Below, piece after piece: positions 1 to 10,005 of a stretch of DNA of 64,000 nucleotides. Under the pieces are notes generated by a model. The model did no database searches. It saw only the letters and a list, made by a program, of their open reading frames with translations, and had not been told where the DNA came from. Every line of letters starts with the position of its first letter. Position 1 is the first letter of the stretch. Source of the stretch: Candidatus Bathyarchaeia archaeon (lineage in GTDB: Archaea; Thermoproteota; Bathyarchaeia; Bathyarchaeales; Bathycorpusculaceae); the NCBI GenBank assembly GCA_050010755.1, contig JBEKKK010000001.1, forward strand, positions 320,001 to 384,000. The letters are read 5' to 3'. Both the position numbers and the translations under genes were made by a program.

Positions 1-102
1 GCAGCTGTTGACGCACGTTGATAAGAGAATAGACTTCGGGTTTTGATGAAAAAATGGAGTTTGCAGGACTCTTGAATTTAGCAAAAGAGTTCTCGCGTCT
101 CC

Positions 103-765
103 ATGGCTGTGAGGTTTATAAGAACCGAAATTGAGAGGAACCTATGTCAAGAGAGATTTGCCTTGTCCAAGAAAGAACTGAACGTTGTGGCGTCAGAGGT
201 CAGAATTTGCACGAAGTGTCCGCTCTGGGGGTCTCGCAAGAATGCGGTTCCTGGCGTTGGAAACCCTGAAGCTCGAACAATGCTCATCGGAGAAGCCCCA
301 GGCAGATCAGAAGACGTCAAGGGTGAACCCTTCGTGGGGACGGCGGGCAAACTCCTCGACACACTCCTGTCACAAATCGGCCTTTCAAGAGAGCAAGTAT
401 TCATAACAAACGTCGTGAAGTGCAGGCCGCCAAGAAACCGTCAGCCCAAACCACTGGAAGTCGAAACCTGCACGCCGTACTTGAACAGACAAATACTAGT
501 CGTTCAGCCAGAGATCATCGTAACCCTCGGCAGCCACTCCACAGCCTACATTTTCTCAAAAACAACGCTGCCCTTCAGCAGCATAACACAAGTCCGCGGA
601 AAACCGCGCAAGACAACCATTCTTGGCGTGCCGCGGACAATCTTTCCAACATACCATCCAGCATCAGCCCTCTACAACCAAGAAAACAAGAAAATACTGG
701 AACAAGATTTTCAACTGTTAAAAACTGAGCTGCGAAAGACCCACTCAGACTTCAGCGATCGTTAA
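103..765 (+). CDS. udg: Uracil-DNA glycosylase family 4 (4Fe-4S)
   Basis: CTKC, IGEAPG, PFVG, NVVKCRPP and TYHPA motifs; true start may be TTG at ~163. Confidence 0.93.
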   Translation: MAVRFIRTEIERNLCQERFALSKKELNVVASEVRICTKCPLWGSRKNAVPGVGNPEARTMLIGEAPGRSEDVKGEPFVGTAGKLLDTLLSQIGLSREQVFITNVVKCRPPRNRQPKPLEVETCTPYLNRQILVVQPEIIVTLGSHSTAYIFSKTTLPFSSITQVRGKPRKTTILGVPRTIFPTYHPASALYNQENKKILEQDFQLLKTELRKTHSDFSDR

Positions 766-933
766 CCTCCAAAATGCGACGTACGACAGACTTCCGTAAA
801 GTCTGCGCGCGCGCAAATTTTCTACAAAGCCGAATCTGACTCATGATACCCAAATGTCAGGGCGTTGCCCAGCTGAGCTCCCAGTCTCACGCGAAGCGCC
901 AGCAGTAGTGGAAGATTTACCCAACGCACGCCA

Positions 934-1704
934 TTATGCGCTCACTTGTGGCGGCGGTCGAACGGGTCTGCCCAGTTTCTTGCGGAGCGCAATGCGATAC
1001 AGTTTTCGCAAGGATTTCACAAGCCGCTCGACGCTGGGTAACCCAGAGTATATTATGGGAATGCGATCATACTCGGCCAATCGTATTGAGTACTCGTCTG
1101 GCTGTGCACCGTGAAAGACGACCACGCGCGGTTTCAAGTTGCTTATGCGAACGATAAGCATAGGAGATATGCCGTCTTCTATGTTCGTGAATATCAACGC
1201 TCGCTCGGTGGTCGCCCCGAAAACCTGCGAAAACTCTGAGCCCGAAAGTGTTTCCACGGCTCTCTTGCTGTCGACGACCGTGTAACCGTTAACCTCCTTA
1301 ACATAAGAGTCCGCGCACCCTACAGTTTTGCCTTCTATGGCCTTGCAGAGGTACTCCACCCTGACTGGAATTGGGAACTCGCGGAGGTCCACGATAGCGT
1401 TGCTCGGCGAGCTCGTGAGCTTGGCGAACTCATGGATGAAACGCCCGCCCCTTTCCTCGTCTATTTTGAGCAGAGCCCACACGAACCTGCGCACGAATTT
1501 TGTGCCTGGACTCGGCCGTCTGCCGCTCTCATAATCGCTGATGACCGACGACGAAACCACCATCTTATCCGAAAGCCTCATCTGAGAAACTGCAAAGAGT
1601 TCACGCCACTTTCTCATGGTTGCCCCGGGCTTCGCCGATAGAATTATCTCTCCAGCAATTCTTCTCGCCAGAATAGAATCGCGCAGGCTCGGAGACGCGG
1701 CCAT
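934..1704 (-). CDS. XRE-type HTH transcriptional regulator with C-terminal DRTGG-like domain (COG1709-like)
   Basis: IAGEIILS..PG..MRKWRE, SVISDYESGRR and ERALIFT motifs. Confidence 0.8.
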   Translation of the reverse strand: MAASPSLRDSILARRIAGEIILSAKPGATMRKWRELFAVSQMRLSDKMVVSSSVISDYESGRRPSPGTKFVRRFVWALLKIDEERGGRFIHEFAKLTSSPSNAIVDLREFPIPVRVEYLCKAIEGKTVGCADSYVKEVNGYTVVDSKRAVETLSGSEFSQVFGATTERALIFTNIEDGISPMLIVRISNLKPRVVVFHGAQPDEYSIRLAEYDRIPIIYSGLPSVERLVKSLRKLYRIALRKKLGRPVRPPPQVSA

Positions 1705-1787
1705 CTGAGCTCGACCCTTCCAATTCAGCACGTCCCGTAACTACGACGTGCCCTATAAAAACCTATGCACGCTAGCTGATGTAAGGG

Positions 1788-2681
1788 TTAGATTAGGAAT
1801 ATCATGAAAATTCCTGCAACAATCATCACGGAACCTAGGGCGATTTTGGCGTTGACCTTTTCATGCAACAGCAAAACTCCTGCAAGAGTAGAGAAGAGAG
1901 GCGTTGCTGACGATATGGGAACAGCGCGCGACTGCGGAGTGTTTATGAAGCTGTAGTTTAGGAGAAACCAGCCTAATCCAAGCGCCACAATTCCGCCGAC
2001 AAGCAACGTTACCACAGTTCGTTTGCTCATCTTCAAGAAACCCAGACTCTTGTCAACAAGCGAAGCAGCAAATGCCAAAGAAATAGCAATCGCAAAAACT
2101 CTGACAGCGTTGATAGCGAACGCATCGTCAAGATTCGGCGTTTCCTTCACGGCCAAGCCCATCATCGCTATGCTCACAGACCACAGCAAGGCCGTTACGA
2201 GAGCCAAGGCCAAACCCTTACGCAACACCTTCCTTTGCAGATCCAACGCTTCTCCCTTCTCTTCTAAGCTTAGCATCCACACTCCTAAAACAATAACAAC
2301 TGCTCCAAGGGCCACCGACCACGCGACGGATTCGCCCACGAAAAGCGCAGCCCACAAGAGATTGAAAAGTGGGTATGTACAAGTCACCGGCACCGCTCTT
2401 GCAACTCCAATCATTTTCAGGCTGACCATGTACAGAGTGTCCCCCAATCCTAGCCCGATTATTCCGCTGACACTGGCAAGAACGACCACGCTCATAGGAA
2501 GTCTAGTCAAAACTCCAATCAGCCCGACGGCAACCATGAAAACAAGTATCGCGACGCTGGTCAGAGTCAGGCGAACGATGTTGGCAGAAATAGGCTTCGC
2601 GTCAGATAATGCTTTTTTGTATAGCAGAGCCGAAATCGTCCAACTGACAGCAGCCCCCAGAGCAGCAAACTCGCCTATCAT
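1788..2681 (-). CDS. EamA/DMT family transporter
   Basis: About 10 hydrophobic helices in two repeats, PLF..L motifs. Confidence 0.88.
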   Translation of the reverse strand: MIGEFAALGAAVSWTISALLYKKALSDAKPISANIVRLTLTSVAILVFMVAVGLIGVLTRLPMSVVVLASVSGIIGLGLGDTLYMVSLKMIGVARAVPVTCTYPLFNLLWAALFVGESVAWSVALGAVVIVLGVWMLSLEEKGEALDLQRKVLRKGLALALVTALLWSVSIAMMGLAVKETPNLDDAFAINAVRVFAIAISLAFAASLVDKSLGFLKMSKRTVVTLLVGGIVALGLGWFLLNYSFINTPQSRAVPISSATPLFSTLAGVLLLHEKVNAKIALGSVMIVAGIFMIFLI

Positions 2682-2751
2682 CTTTCATAGCCCCTAGTCA
2701 AAACTCTGGTTGAAGTTGTTAAATAGCTAACGCCCAGAATAGGCTTGAACG

Positions 2752-3453
2752 GTGCTTAAACCGATGCAAATAGATGTCATTTGGAGCACAGAAGTGCTTT
2801 CGAAGTTTCCAGAACTTGCCATATGCATGGGAACAGTCAGCGGAGTCCACAATGAGAAAGAGAATGACCAGCTGCGCCAGCTTAAGAAAGTCGTGCACGA
2901 AGAGGTCAAGGCCAAATGCAACGTTGAAGCGTTGAAGAACAACCCGACTGTCAGAGCTTACCGAGACTTCTACTGGAAACTGGACATAGACCCTACTAAA
3001 ACTAGACCCTCAGGAGAGGCTCTGCTCCGCAGGGTTCTCAACGGAAATGAGTTGCCAAAAATATCCACGGTGGTCGACGCGTATAATTTGGCTTCGATGC
3101 AGACGATAGTTCCCATCAGCGGGTTCGACAGAGACCAACTGAACCCGCCGTTCCAAGTACGCTTTGCAAAGAACGAGATCTTCACCGGAATCGGAATGGA
3201 CAAACCGATAGTCCTCACCGAGAAAACGCTGGTCCTGACCGATGAAAAACAGGTCCTCTGCGTCTACCCGTACCGCGACTCTGATCACACAAAGATCACC
3301 CTGCGAACGCAGAAAACAGTAATAATCGGATACGGAGCCCCAGCGATAGGCCAAGAACAACTCAAGGCAGCCGTCGAAAAAACAATGGGGTACATCAAAC
3401 ACGTTTCTGGCGGGGAAATCGAAACGATTAGTGTTTTTGGAGGATTCATTTAG
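2752..3453 (+). CDS. Stand-alone B3/B4 domain protein (PheRS beta-like tRNA editing)
   Basis: IDPTKTRPSGEALLRR and VVDAYNLAS motifs. Confidence 0.88.
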   Translation: MLKPMQIDVIWSTEVLSKFPELAICMGTVSGVHNEKENDQLRQLKKVVHEEVKAKCNVEALKNNPTVRAYRDFYWKLDIDPTKTRPSGEALLRRVLNGNELPKISTVVDAYNLASMQTIVPISGFDRDQLNPPFQVRFAKNEIFTGIGMDKPIVLTEKTLVLTDEKQVLCVYPYRDSDHTKITLRTQKTVIIGYGAPAIGQEQLKAAVEKTMGYIKHVSGGEIETISVFGGFI

Positions 3454-3500
3454 ACTGCATACATTCAGCAGGCCGCGCGCGCTAACACTTCCTAAGATCA

Positions 3501-3935
3501 TCAAGCTAGGTTGCTGCTGGAGTAGTACAAGAAGGGCAAAGCCAGCAGAATGGTGTTTCGCCCCCGCGCAGTGAGAGAGTACTTCACCCTTAAAGGTGGG
3601 CCTTGGTCCACTGTTCGCTTGATGTAACCGTAGCGGTCTAGACCCTTCAGTTTGTCGGATAATGTGCGAGAATTCACGCCCAGGATCTTCTTCATCTCGC
3701 CGAAACCCGTCGTCTCCCTCAGGAACAATATGAAGAGGATTTGAAGACTCCACTTCTGCGACAGCAAACTGAAGCTTTCCTCGAGACTCTTGATAGTCTC
3801 TCTCATATCCTCCAAGCCCAGCTTCTGGTTGCGAAATATCTCGTTGAGCGTTTCTTCTATGCCTTTGAGGTTGACTCTCATACGAGACTCAACTAGTCTT
3901 CGAAGTTCTTCACTCAGCACGGTTCGGGAGTTCAC
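3501..3935 (-). CDS. HxlR-family winged-helix regulator
   Basis: KWSLQIL, SRTLSDKLK and PPLRVKYSLT..GR motifs. Confidence 0.85.
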   Translation of the reverse strand: MNSRTVLSEELRRLVESRMRVNLKGIEETLNEIFRNQKLGLEDMRETIKSLEESFSLLSQKWSLQILFILFLRETTGFGEMKKILGVNSRTLSDKLKGLDRYGYIKRTVDQGPPLRVKYSLTARGRNTILLALPFLYYSSSNLA

Positions 3936-4231
3936 GCTCGTACACCCAATGTGCGAATAGTTACTTCACGGTTTATAAAGTTTAACTTTTAAATCTAGTG
4001 TGCAAGACACACCAAACCAAGCTTGTACCACCGTTCCCGTTAGCTGGAAGAAGTCCCTAGCAAAATTATCACATGATGTTTGATATTGATTTGGTAACGG
4101 TTTTGGTCCTCACAGCGTTACCAGAGAGGGAAGAAAATCGGAAGATTAACAACTTCTTTCAGATTCTGAGAGTGAACTTGTTATCAAAAGAGTTTTTAGC
4201 CCTGCCTGCGAGTAGAAAGAGGTGTTTAAAC

Positions 4232-5023
4232 TTGTCCTTCGACACTAGAATGGCTGAGACAGAAAGGAAAAGAAAATCCAACATTGTGCTGGCCCTAGAC
4301 TTCCCGTTTGAAAAACCCGAAAACCGCAAAAACTTATTCTCCAAAGCAGAACAGCTCCTCGAAGAAGTGCATCCTTACCTCTGCGCGGTAAAATTTAACC
4401 ATCACCTCGTCCTTCCACTGGGGACGTTTGACGGCGTTCACAAACTCGTGAAAAAGGCCCACGACGAAGGATTGATGACGATAATGGACTGCAAGGTTAA
4501 CGACATCGGCTCGACAAACCAAGTCATTGCAGAATACTATTACGCTGCAGGATTCGACGCATTAATAGCGAACCCTTTCGTGGGGTGGGAAGAAGGATTG
4601 AAACCAATCTTCGACGTCGCTTCCGGACTGCATCGCGGCGTAATTCTGCTCATCTATATGAGTCACAAAGCAGCTGGCGAGGGATACGGACAAACGATAA
4701 TCGACCCTGAAACCGGAAAAAAACTTCCACAATACGTTTCATTCGCGAAAAAAGCCCTGAAATACGGTGCAGACGGAGCAATTGTAGGCGCCACGTTCCC
4801 TGAAAAAATAAGAGAAATACATGAGATACTCGACGAAAAAGTCCCAATATTTTCGCCCGGAATTGGAGCTCAAGGAGGAACAGCTCAAGCCGCCCTGATG
4901 GCAGGTGCAACCTACCTGATCGTGGGAAGAGAGATAACGCTGGCCCAAAGTCCTGCTGAGACAGCAAAGAAAACTAGGGACTCCGCAAACCTTGTCAAAC
5001 GGAATCCATCCACGCGTCTTTGA
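4232..5023 (+). CDS. pyrF: Orotidine 5'-phosphate decarboxylase
   Basis: LALD, DCKVNDIGST, SPGIGAQGG and IVGR motifs; GAGGTG SD before TTG at 4232. Confidence 0.92.
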   Translation: MSFDTRMAETERKRKSNIVLALDFPFEKPENRKNLFSKAEQLLEEVHPYLCAVKFNHHLVLPLGTFDGVHKLVKKAHDEGLMTIMDCKVNDIGSTNQVIAEYYYAAGFDALIANPFVGWEEGLKPIFDVASGLHRGVILLIYMSHKAAGEGYGQTIIDPETGKKLPQYVSFAKKALKYGADGAIVGATFPEKIREIHEILDEKVPIFSPGIGAQGGTAQAALMAGATYLIVGREITLAQSPAETAKKTRDSANLVKRNPSTRL

Positions 5024-5051
5024 TAATCATCTTAACTTGGGAGGTTAGGGT

Positions 5052-5705
5052 TCAGCCTGTTCTTTTCCGTGCCAAAATTATGTACCCTCTTACCCAGTTT
5101 TTATGATAGTAGCTCGTGAACATGTCTTCTTGAAAATGGATTATGCGGAATCCTTTCAGCAGGTTGAGGATCTCTCCCCGGGTGAAGTGATGACCGAAAT
5201 GGAGAACCGTTCCAGCTTCATCCTTTACTGTGAATGTTCCCTGCTCGCCCGTTTCTTTGATATCGTTTCTGTATCTCTGTGCATACACTGGGTTTTCCCA
5301 AGTTCTACCAAATTCTTCGACTAAAAAATGGCCATGCATCTTGAGAACCCTGCCAACTTCACTGACTATTCGTGACCTCTGAGGCTTCGAAGCTAGGGTG
5401 AGAACGCCTAGCATGGTGACCGCGTCACAGGAGGAATCTGGGAAGCACAGGTTTTCAGCGTCATTCAGTAGGAAACATGGTTCTTTCATTCTTCGCGATT
5501 TTTTCTCTTCCTGAGCCAATCTGACCTGGGTTCGATCGACATCGACGCCGATAACCTTGAAGCCGTTTTCATGCAAGAAAAAACAGGCTCTCCCGTAGCC
5601 ACAGCCAACATCCAAAACACTTTTTCTCGATTTATCTCTAAACGCGTCGATTAGCCTTGTTGGTAAAGGAATCGTGTAGGGTTTACTTACTCCGCAAAAT
5701 TTCAT
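5052..5705 (-). CDS. Class I SAM-dependent methyltransferase
   Basis: VLDVGCGYGR motif I; ATG overlaps the upstream RHH stop (ATGA). Confidence 0.85.
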   Translation of the reverse strand: MKFCGVSKPYTIPLPTRLIDAFRDKSRKSVLDVGCGYGRACFFLHENGFKVIGVDVDRTQVRLAQEEKKSRRMKEPCFLLNDAENLCFPDSSCDAVTMLGVLTLASKPQRSRIVSEVGRVLKMHGHFLVEEFGRTWENPVYAQRYRNDIKETGEQGTFTVKDEAGTVLHFGHHFTRGEILNLLKGFRIIHFQEDMFTSYYHKNWVRGYIILARKRTG

Positions 5706-5854
5706 CTTCCACGTCTTTCCCAAAGCTCTTTCTTCAGCAAATCCCTCACTGAAGACCTGATTGCAGAACTCCTGCTCGGATACATGTTCGCTCTGACAAG
5801 CTCATCCAAACCCTCCAAATAAGCTTCCGGTAATAAGACGGTAACGAGTTTCAA
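5702..5854 (-). CDS. Small ribbon-helix-helix protein (CopG/CdrS-like, 50 aa)
   Basis: Manual translation MKLVTVLLPEAYLEGLDELVRANMYPSRSSAIRSSVRDLLKKELWERRGR; TTG start with GGAGG SD; below the ORF-track cutoff. Confidence 0.85.
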   Translation of the reverse strand: MKLVTVLLPEAYLEGLDELVRANMYPSRSSAIRSSVRDLLKKELWERRGR

Positions 5855-6083
5855 CCTACACCCTCCCTCAGCATGTCATGCATATAACATGAACGGAATA
5901 TAAGATTTGACCCAAGACCCAGACAATTCTTCGGCAAGATTGAGCGTCGAAACCAAACCGTTGACCACCGAATCCACAATCATAAAAAATCAATCCCGGG
6001 CACGCGCCCGCAAAAATTGAAATAGAACAGTCGTCGCCAGAAAGGTATAAAACAGTTGGGAGATTCTAGTGTGATGAAAAGAC

Positions 6084-6410
6084 ATGTTTCGCGTAAGAGT
6101 GAACAAGATCGAATCCATACGAGACATTGATGGTAACCTTGGAAAACGCATAGAGCTGATTGAAGATCGGCAGATACCGAACTTTGTGGTCAGACCGCAG
6201 ACCGAAGAAGCCAAGATGGTTCAGGACGTGATGCAGGCTTTGCAGCAGCAGATGCCGATGTTTCCGATGAGAACGGATGTGGCAATTCCAAAAATAATCT
6301 TGTTCTTAACCGAACAGGAGTACGAGAGATTGGGCATCGAGTTCGACGTGAACCAAGTCTACGAAATAACGCTCGAAAACCAGACGCTGAAGTTCATGAA
6401 AACTGCATGA
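6084..6410 (+). CDS. Arcadin-1-like protein
   Basis: Recalled resemblance to arcadin 1 (GKRIELIE...PKIILFLTEQEYE.LG..FDVNQVYEI); not verified by search. Confidence 0.65.
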   Translation: MFRVRVNKIESIRDIDGNLGKRIELIEDRQIPNFVVRPQTEEAKMVQDVMQALQQQMPMFPMRTDVAIPKIILFLTEQEYERLGIEFDVNQVYEITLENQTLKFMKTA

Positions 6411-6723
6411 TCTCTTTTCTAACCCGCCTCAAGGCCTGGTGTTTTGGGTGGAAAGACAGCACGAACATCATGTTCCTTAACGCCTCGTAAACTTCATCCA
6501 TGCGAGACTGGCCGTCGTTGCTGCAATAGATCGGAATCGGTTCTTCGTCGCCTGTTTTGTAGTAGACGTAGATCGGGGTGAAATTCTTTTTGAACGTCTT
6601 TATTTCAAAGTTCAACTTCAGGAGGTTGGCCATTTTTTGCGCAGCCATGCTAACCGGCTTCATTCTTTTCTGACTAAAACAAGAAGCGTAGACAAACAAC
6701 TCTCCTACGGAACAATCCAACAT
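6394..6723 (-). CDS. Hypothetical protein
   Basis: 109-aa ORF with ATG start and plausible composition. Confidence 0.6.
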   Translation of the reverse strand: MLDCSVGELFVYASCFSQKRMKPVSMAAQKMANLLKLNFEIKTFKKNFTPIYVYYKTGDEEPIPIYCSNDGQSRMDEVYEALRNMMFVLSFHPKHQALRRVRKEIMQFS

Positions 6724-6838
6724 GGCTCACACCAAGAAAACAACGCCTTGCCGACAGCATTTAAAACAGGCCCTACAACAACATGTTTGCGCGGCGGAGA
6801 GAGATGAGTGAAAGTGAACGCTTGAGCAGGGAAAAACG

Positions 6839-7114
6839 ATGAAGGCCAAAGCACATGTATTCATAAGCGGTAGAGTTCAGGGAGTGTTTTTCAGATCTGA
6901 GACAAGACACGAGGCAGCAAAGCATGGCGTGAGCGGTTGGGTCCGTAACTTGCCAGACGACAGAGTTGAGGCTGTTTTTGAGGGTGAACAAGAAGACGTA
7001 AAGAAGCTTCTGGAATTCTGCAAGAATGGACCACCAGGGGCTGAAGTAACAGGAATAAACGTGACATGGAGAACTTATTCTGGAGAGTTCAGAGGGTTCG
7101 AAATCAGATACTAG
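6839..7114 (+). CDS. acyP: Acylphosphatase
   Basis: GRVQGVFFR and GWVRN motifs. Confidence 0.95.
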   Translation: MKAKAHVFISGRVQGVFFRSETRHEAAKHGVSGWVRNLPDDRVEAVFEGEQEDVKKLLEFCKNGPPGAEVTGINVTWRTYSGEFRGFEIRY

Positions 7115-7141
7115 AAAGCCCAGTGGTGGGAATCTGCGCGC

Positions 7142-7564
7142 TCAGGTTCTTTTTTTGGGCACCCTGAAGTGCGAAGCTTTTCCAGCGCTCACGTAGTCTC
7201 CGCCAGCACTGCGCACGACCGAAGCGATTTTTGAAAAGTTGTCTGAACCTAGGAATTGCCGCGGCTTTATCATTATGTAATCGTCCTTCTCCTCGAAGCT
7301 CAGCAGGTTCTCCAGATCCTCCGGAAACATCATTTTAACGTCTTCCATCACTTTCGATTTTTCTTGAGGCTGAGGTGCTCCAGGCACGGACTGAGACAAT
7401 GCTGGTGCCGGATGGGCCGTTATTGGCTGAGTTATCTGTGAAACAGCGAGAGACTTCAGGGATGCTGAAACCTGACGCAAATCATCCATGATACCGTTCA
7501 TAATCAAAACAAGCTCGTCTACTCTCTTGGTGAGGGCTTCAATTTTCTCTTTATCCGCGCTCAT
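7142..7564 (-). CDS. Hypothetical protein (coiled coil, Pro/Gln linker, small C-terminal domain)
   Basis: Open frame with tripartite composition. Confidence 0.65.
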   Translation of the reverse strand: MSADKEKIEALTKRVDELVLIMNGIMDDLRQVSASLKSLAVSQITQPITAHPAPALSQSVPGAPQPQEKSKVMEDVKMMFPEDLENLLSFEEKDDYIMIKPRQFLGSDNFSKIASVVRSAGGDYVSAGKASHFRVPKKRT

Positions 7565-7657
7565 ATGCCTTCTTCCTAATGAACCCTTAATACTCAACGC
7601 ATTTATTAATGGTTTTTGACTCTTCCAACAATCCCAAACCTGGAGCGAACCTCAACC

Positions 7658-8695
7658 TTGATAGAGATTGACGGGAGCGAAAAAAGCGGAAGCGGCACGA
7701 TCCTGAGAATGGCTGTCGCCCTGTGCGCAGTGATTGGTCAACCGTTGCACATTTACAACATCAGACAGAACCGTCCTCAACCAGGTTTGAAGCCTCAACA
7801 CCTTGAAGCCGTCCTCACAGCCGCCAAATTGTGCAATGCTGAATTGGAAGGAGCGAAAGCCGATTCACGTGAGCTATGGTTTAGACCCAAGGAAATAAGA
7901 GGAGGCAAGATTGAAGCAGAAATCGGCACTGCTGGAAGCATCCCAATGCTCCTGATGACTGTATTGCCCATGTGTGCCTACGCCGAAAACACGGTGCACC
8001 TACACATTTCAAAGGGCGGCACCGACGTTTCCCATTCACCATCCATAAACTACATGAAATTCGTTCTCTTGCCGACACTGCAACGCATGGGACTGAAAGC
8101 TGTTCTCACAGTTCACAAGTACGGCTATTATCCCAAAGGAAACGGCGAGGTAACAATAACCGTACAGCCCTGCAAACCTCTGACAGCTTTGACAATAGAG
8201 GCTTTCGGCAACGTCAAATCCATAAAAGGAATTTCAGTCTGCACGTTCCTTGCCGACCGAAAGGTTGCTGAACGTCAAGCGAAAGCCGCGAATGAGTACC
8301 TTGGCAAAAGAGGCTACAACGCTGATATTCAAGTAGTAAATGATTGCTCGAACTCACTGCAGAAGGGCAGCTCGATCGCCTTGTGGGCTGAATCTGACAC
8401 TGGAGCCATTCTAGGAGCAGACGCGATCGGCGAGCTAAGAAAAACAAGCGAAACAGTCGGTGCTGAAGCAGCCGAAAAGCTCTACACCGAAATCATCGCA
8501 AAGCCAACTGTTGACATACACCTGGCAGACATGCTTCTTCCATACATTGCTATGGCCCAAGGCAAGTCAACCTATCTAACACGCACTTTAACCGAACATC
8601 TGAGTACGAACATTGCGCTCGCAGAAAGGATATTGAAAGTGAAATTTGTGCTCGAAAATAAGCATGAACTATACAGACTGGAGAAAGTTGGTTGA
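7658..8695 (+). CDS. rtcA: RNA 3'-terminal phosphate cyclase
   Basis: IEIDGS..SG.G.ILR, PGLKPQH, GYYPKGNG and VDIHLADML motifs. Confidence 0.94.
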   Translation: MIEIDGSEKSGSGTILRMAVALCAVIGQPLHIYNIRQNRPQPGLKPQHLEAVLTAAKLCNAELEGAKADSRELWFRPKEIRGGKIEAEIGTAGSIPMLLMTVLPMCAYAENTVHLHISKGGTDVSHSPSINYMKFVLLPTLQRMGLKAVLTVHKYGYYPKGNGEVTITVQPCKPLTALTIEAFGNVKSIKGISVCTFLADRKVAERQAKAANEYLGKRGYNADIQVVNDCSNSLQKGSSIALWAESDTGAILGADAIGELRKTSETVGAEAAEKLYTEIIAKPTVDIHLADMLLPYIAMAQGKSTYLTRTLTEHLSTNIALAERILKVKFVLENKHELYRLEKVG

Positions 8696-8696
8696 A

Positions 8697-8951
8697 CTAG
8701 GGCAAGGACGCAGGTTCAGGGTGAGATTTCGGTTTAGGCTTGCTGGCGAAAAGATAATGTACCGCAAAAAAGGTTAGCGTTCCAAAGCCGAGAATAGGCA
8801 AAATGGCAACCAGTGGCTCGCCTACTAACGCATATAGTTTACCGCCAGTCCAGACCATAAGAATACAATTTGCAGCGATGACTGCGAATGCGGCCGTTGA
8901 TCGAATCAACAAACTCAGAATATCGCGCAAACGCTGTTTCTTAAATCGCAC
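8697..8951 (-). CDS. Small membrane protein
   Basis: Two hydrophobic segments. Confidence 0.5.
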   Translation of the reverse strand: MRFKKQRLRDILSLLIRSTAAFAVIAANCILMVWTGGKLYALVGEPLVAILPILGFGTLTFFAVHYLFASKPKPKSHPEPASLP

Positions 8952-9206
8952 TTTTCTTCATAATTCTTGACATTCACAGATATTTCTCCTTTTCCTTTCA
9001 ATAATCTGGATTACTGAAGCTCAAGTATCGTTTGGACTATGCTCTATAATATTATTCGTTGGATTTTGTGAAGACTTGAGGAAGTGTCCAATCATTCTTA
9101 GATCACAATTGATATGTACTTGAGTGATTGATGGTGAGGAATAGAGCACGTAAATGTTTATTTTCTGGTAAACGATAGCCGTTTGCAAGCCAAAGGAAAA
9201 AATTGA

Positions 9207-10001
9207 ATGAGCAACATTGCGCGCAAGAAAATCGTCAGAGAATATTACACAAAAAGGTCTAATGAGTACGATCTGCAGAAAAGCCGAACCTGGAAAACAA
9301 GGGAAGGCTTTGGAAATGAAGTTTTTGACGAACTGATAAAAGCTTCGGAAAGGTTTAGAAACGGACTTTTTTTAGAAGTGGGAGTCGGAACAGGCAGAAA
9401 CGCGTTACCCCTGCTTGAGAGAGTGAAACCCCAACTTGTAGGATTGGACTTGTCATGGGAAATGTTGAAGCAGGCAAAAACAAAAATGCTTTCTTTCAAA
9501 CGCGGGTTTGACTTGATGCAGGCTGACGGGGAACACTTGCCTTTTGCAAACCAAGCTTTTGATGCGGTCATTTGTATGAGCACGTTGCATTATTTCATGT
9601 TTCAAGGGAGAATCCTGAAGGGATTCAGACAAATACTCAAAGAGAACGGAACACTAGTATGCGGGGATTTGACAGTTCACGAATGTGATAGCCGAGGATT
9701 CTTTGAGGGGTTAGAAAGAACCATTTCTAAAGCTCATGCAAGATACTACAAACCATCACGAATGAAGAAGCTCATAGAGAAACAAGGATTCCGCATCTTA
9801 AGGATGAGAACAATTGCTTATCGAAAGACTTACGAGGCTCTAGTGGAAGATAAAGGACGATACTTCGGATTGTCACTAGAAACCCTTAACCGGCACTTGG
9901 AAGAAGCCAATGCGGAGACAAGGCAGCAATACGGACTGACCGACACTGAGATGACACTTTTCTACACAATTATTACCGCGAAGATTATCGAAATCCCGTG
10001 A
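9207..10001 (+). CDS. Class I SAM-dependent methyltransferase (UbiE-like)
   Basis: LEVGVGTG, GLDLS..ML and LPF...FDAV motifs. Confidence 0.85.
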   Translation: MSNIARKKIVREYYTKRSNEYDLQKSRTWKTREGFGNEVFDELIKASERFRNGLFLEVGVGTGRNALPLLERVKPQLVGLDLSWEMLKQAKTKMLSFKRGFDLMQADGEHLPFANQAFDAVICMSTLHYFMFQGRILKGFRQILKENGTLVCGDLTVHECDSRGFFEGLERTISKAHARYYKPSRMKKLIEKQGFRILRMRTIAYRKTYEALVEDKGRYFGLSLETLNRHLEEANAETRQQYGLTDTEMTLFYTIITAKIIEIP

Positions 10002-10005
10002 TGCC

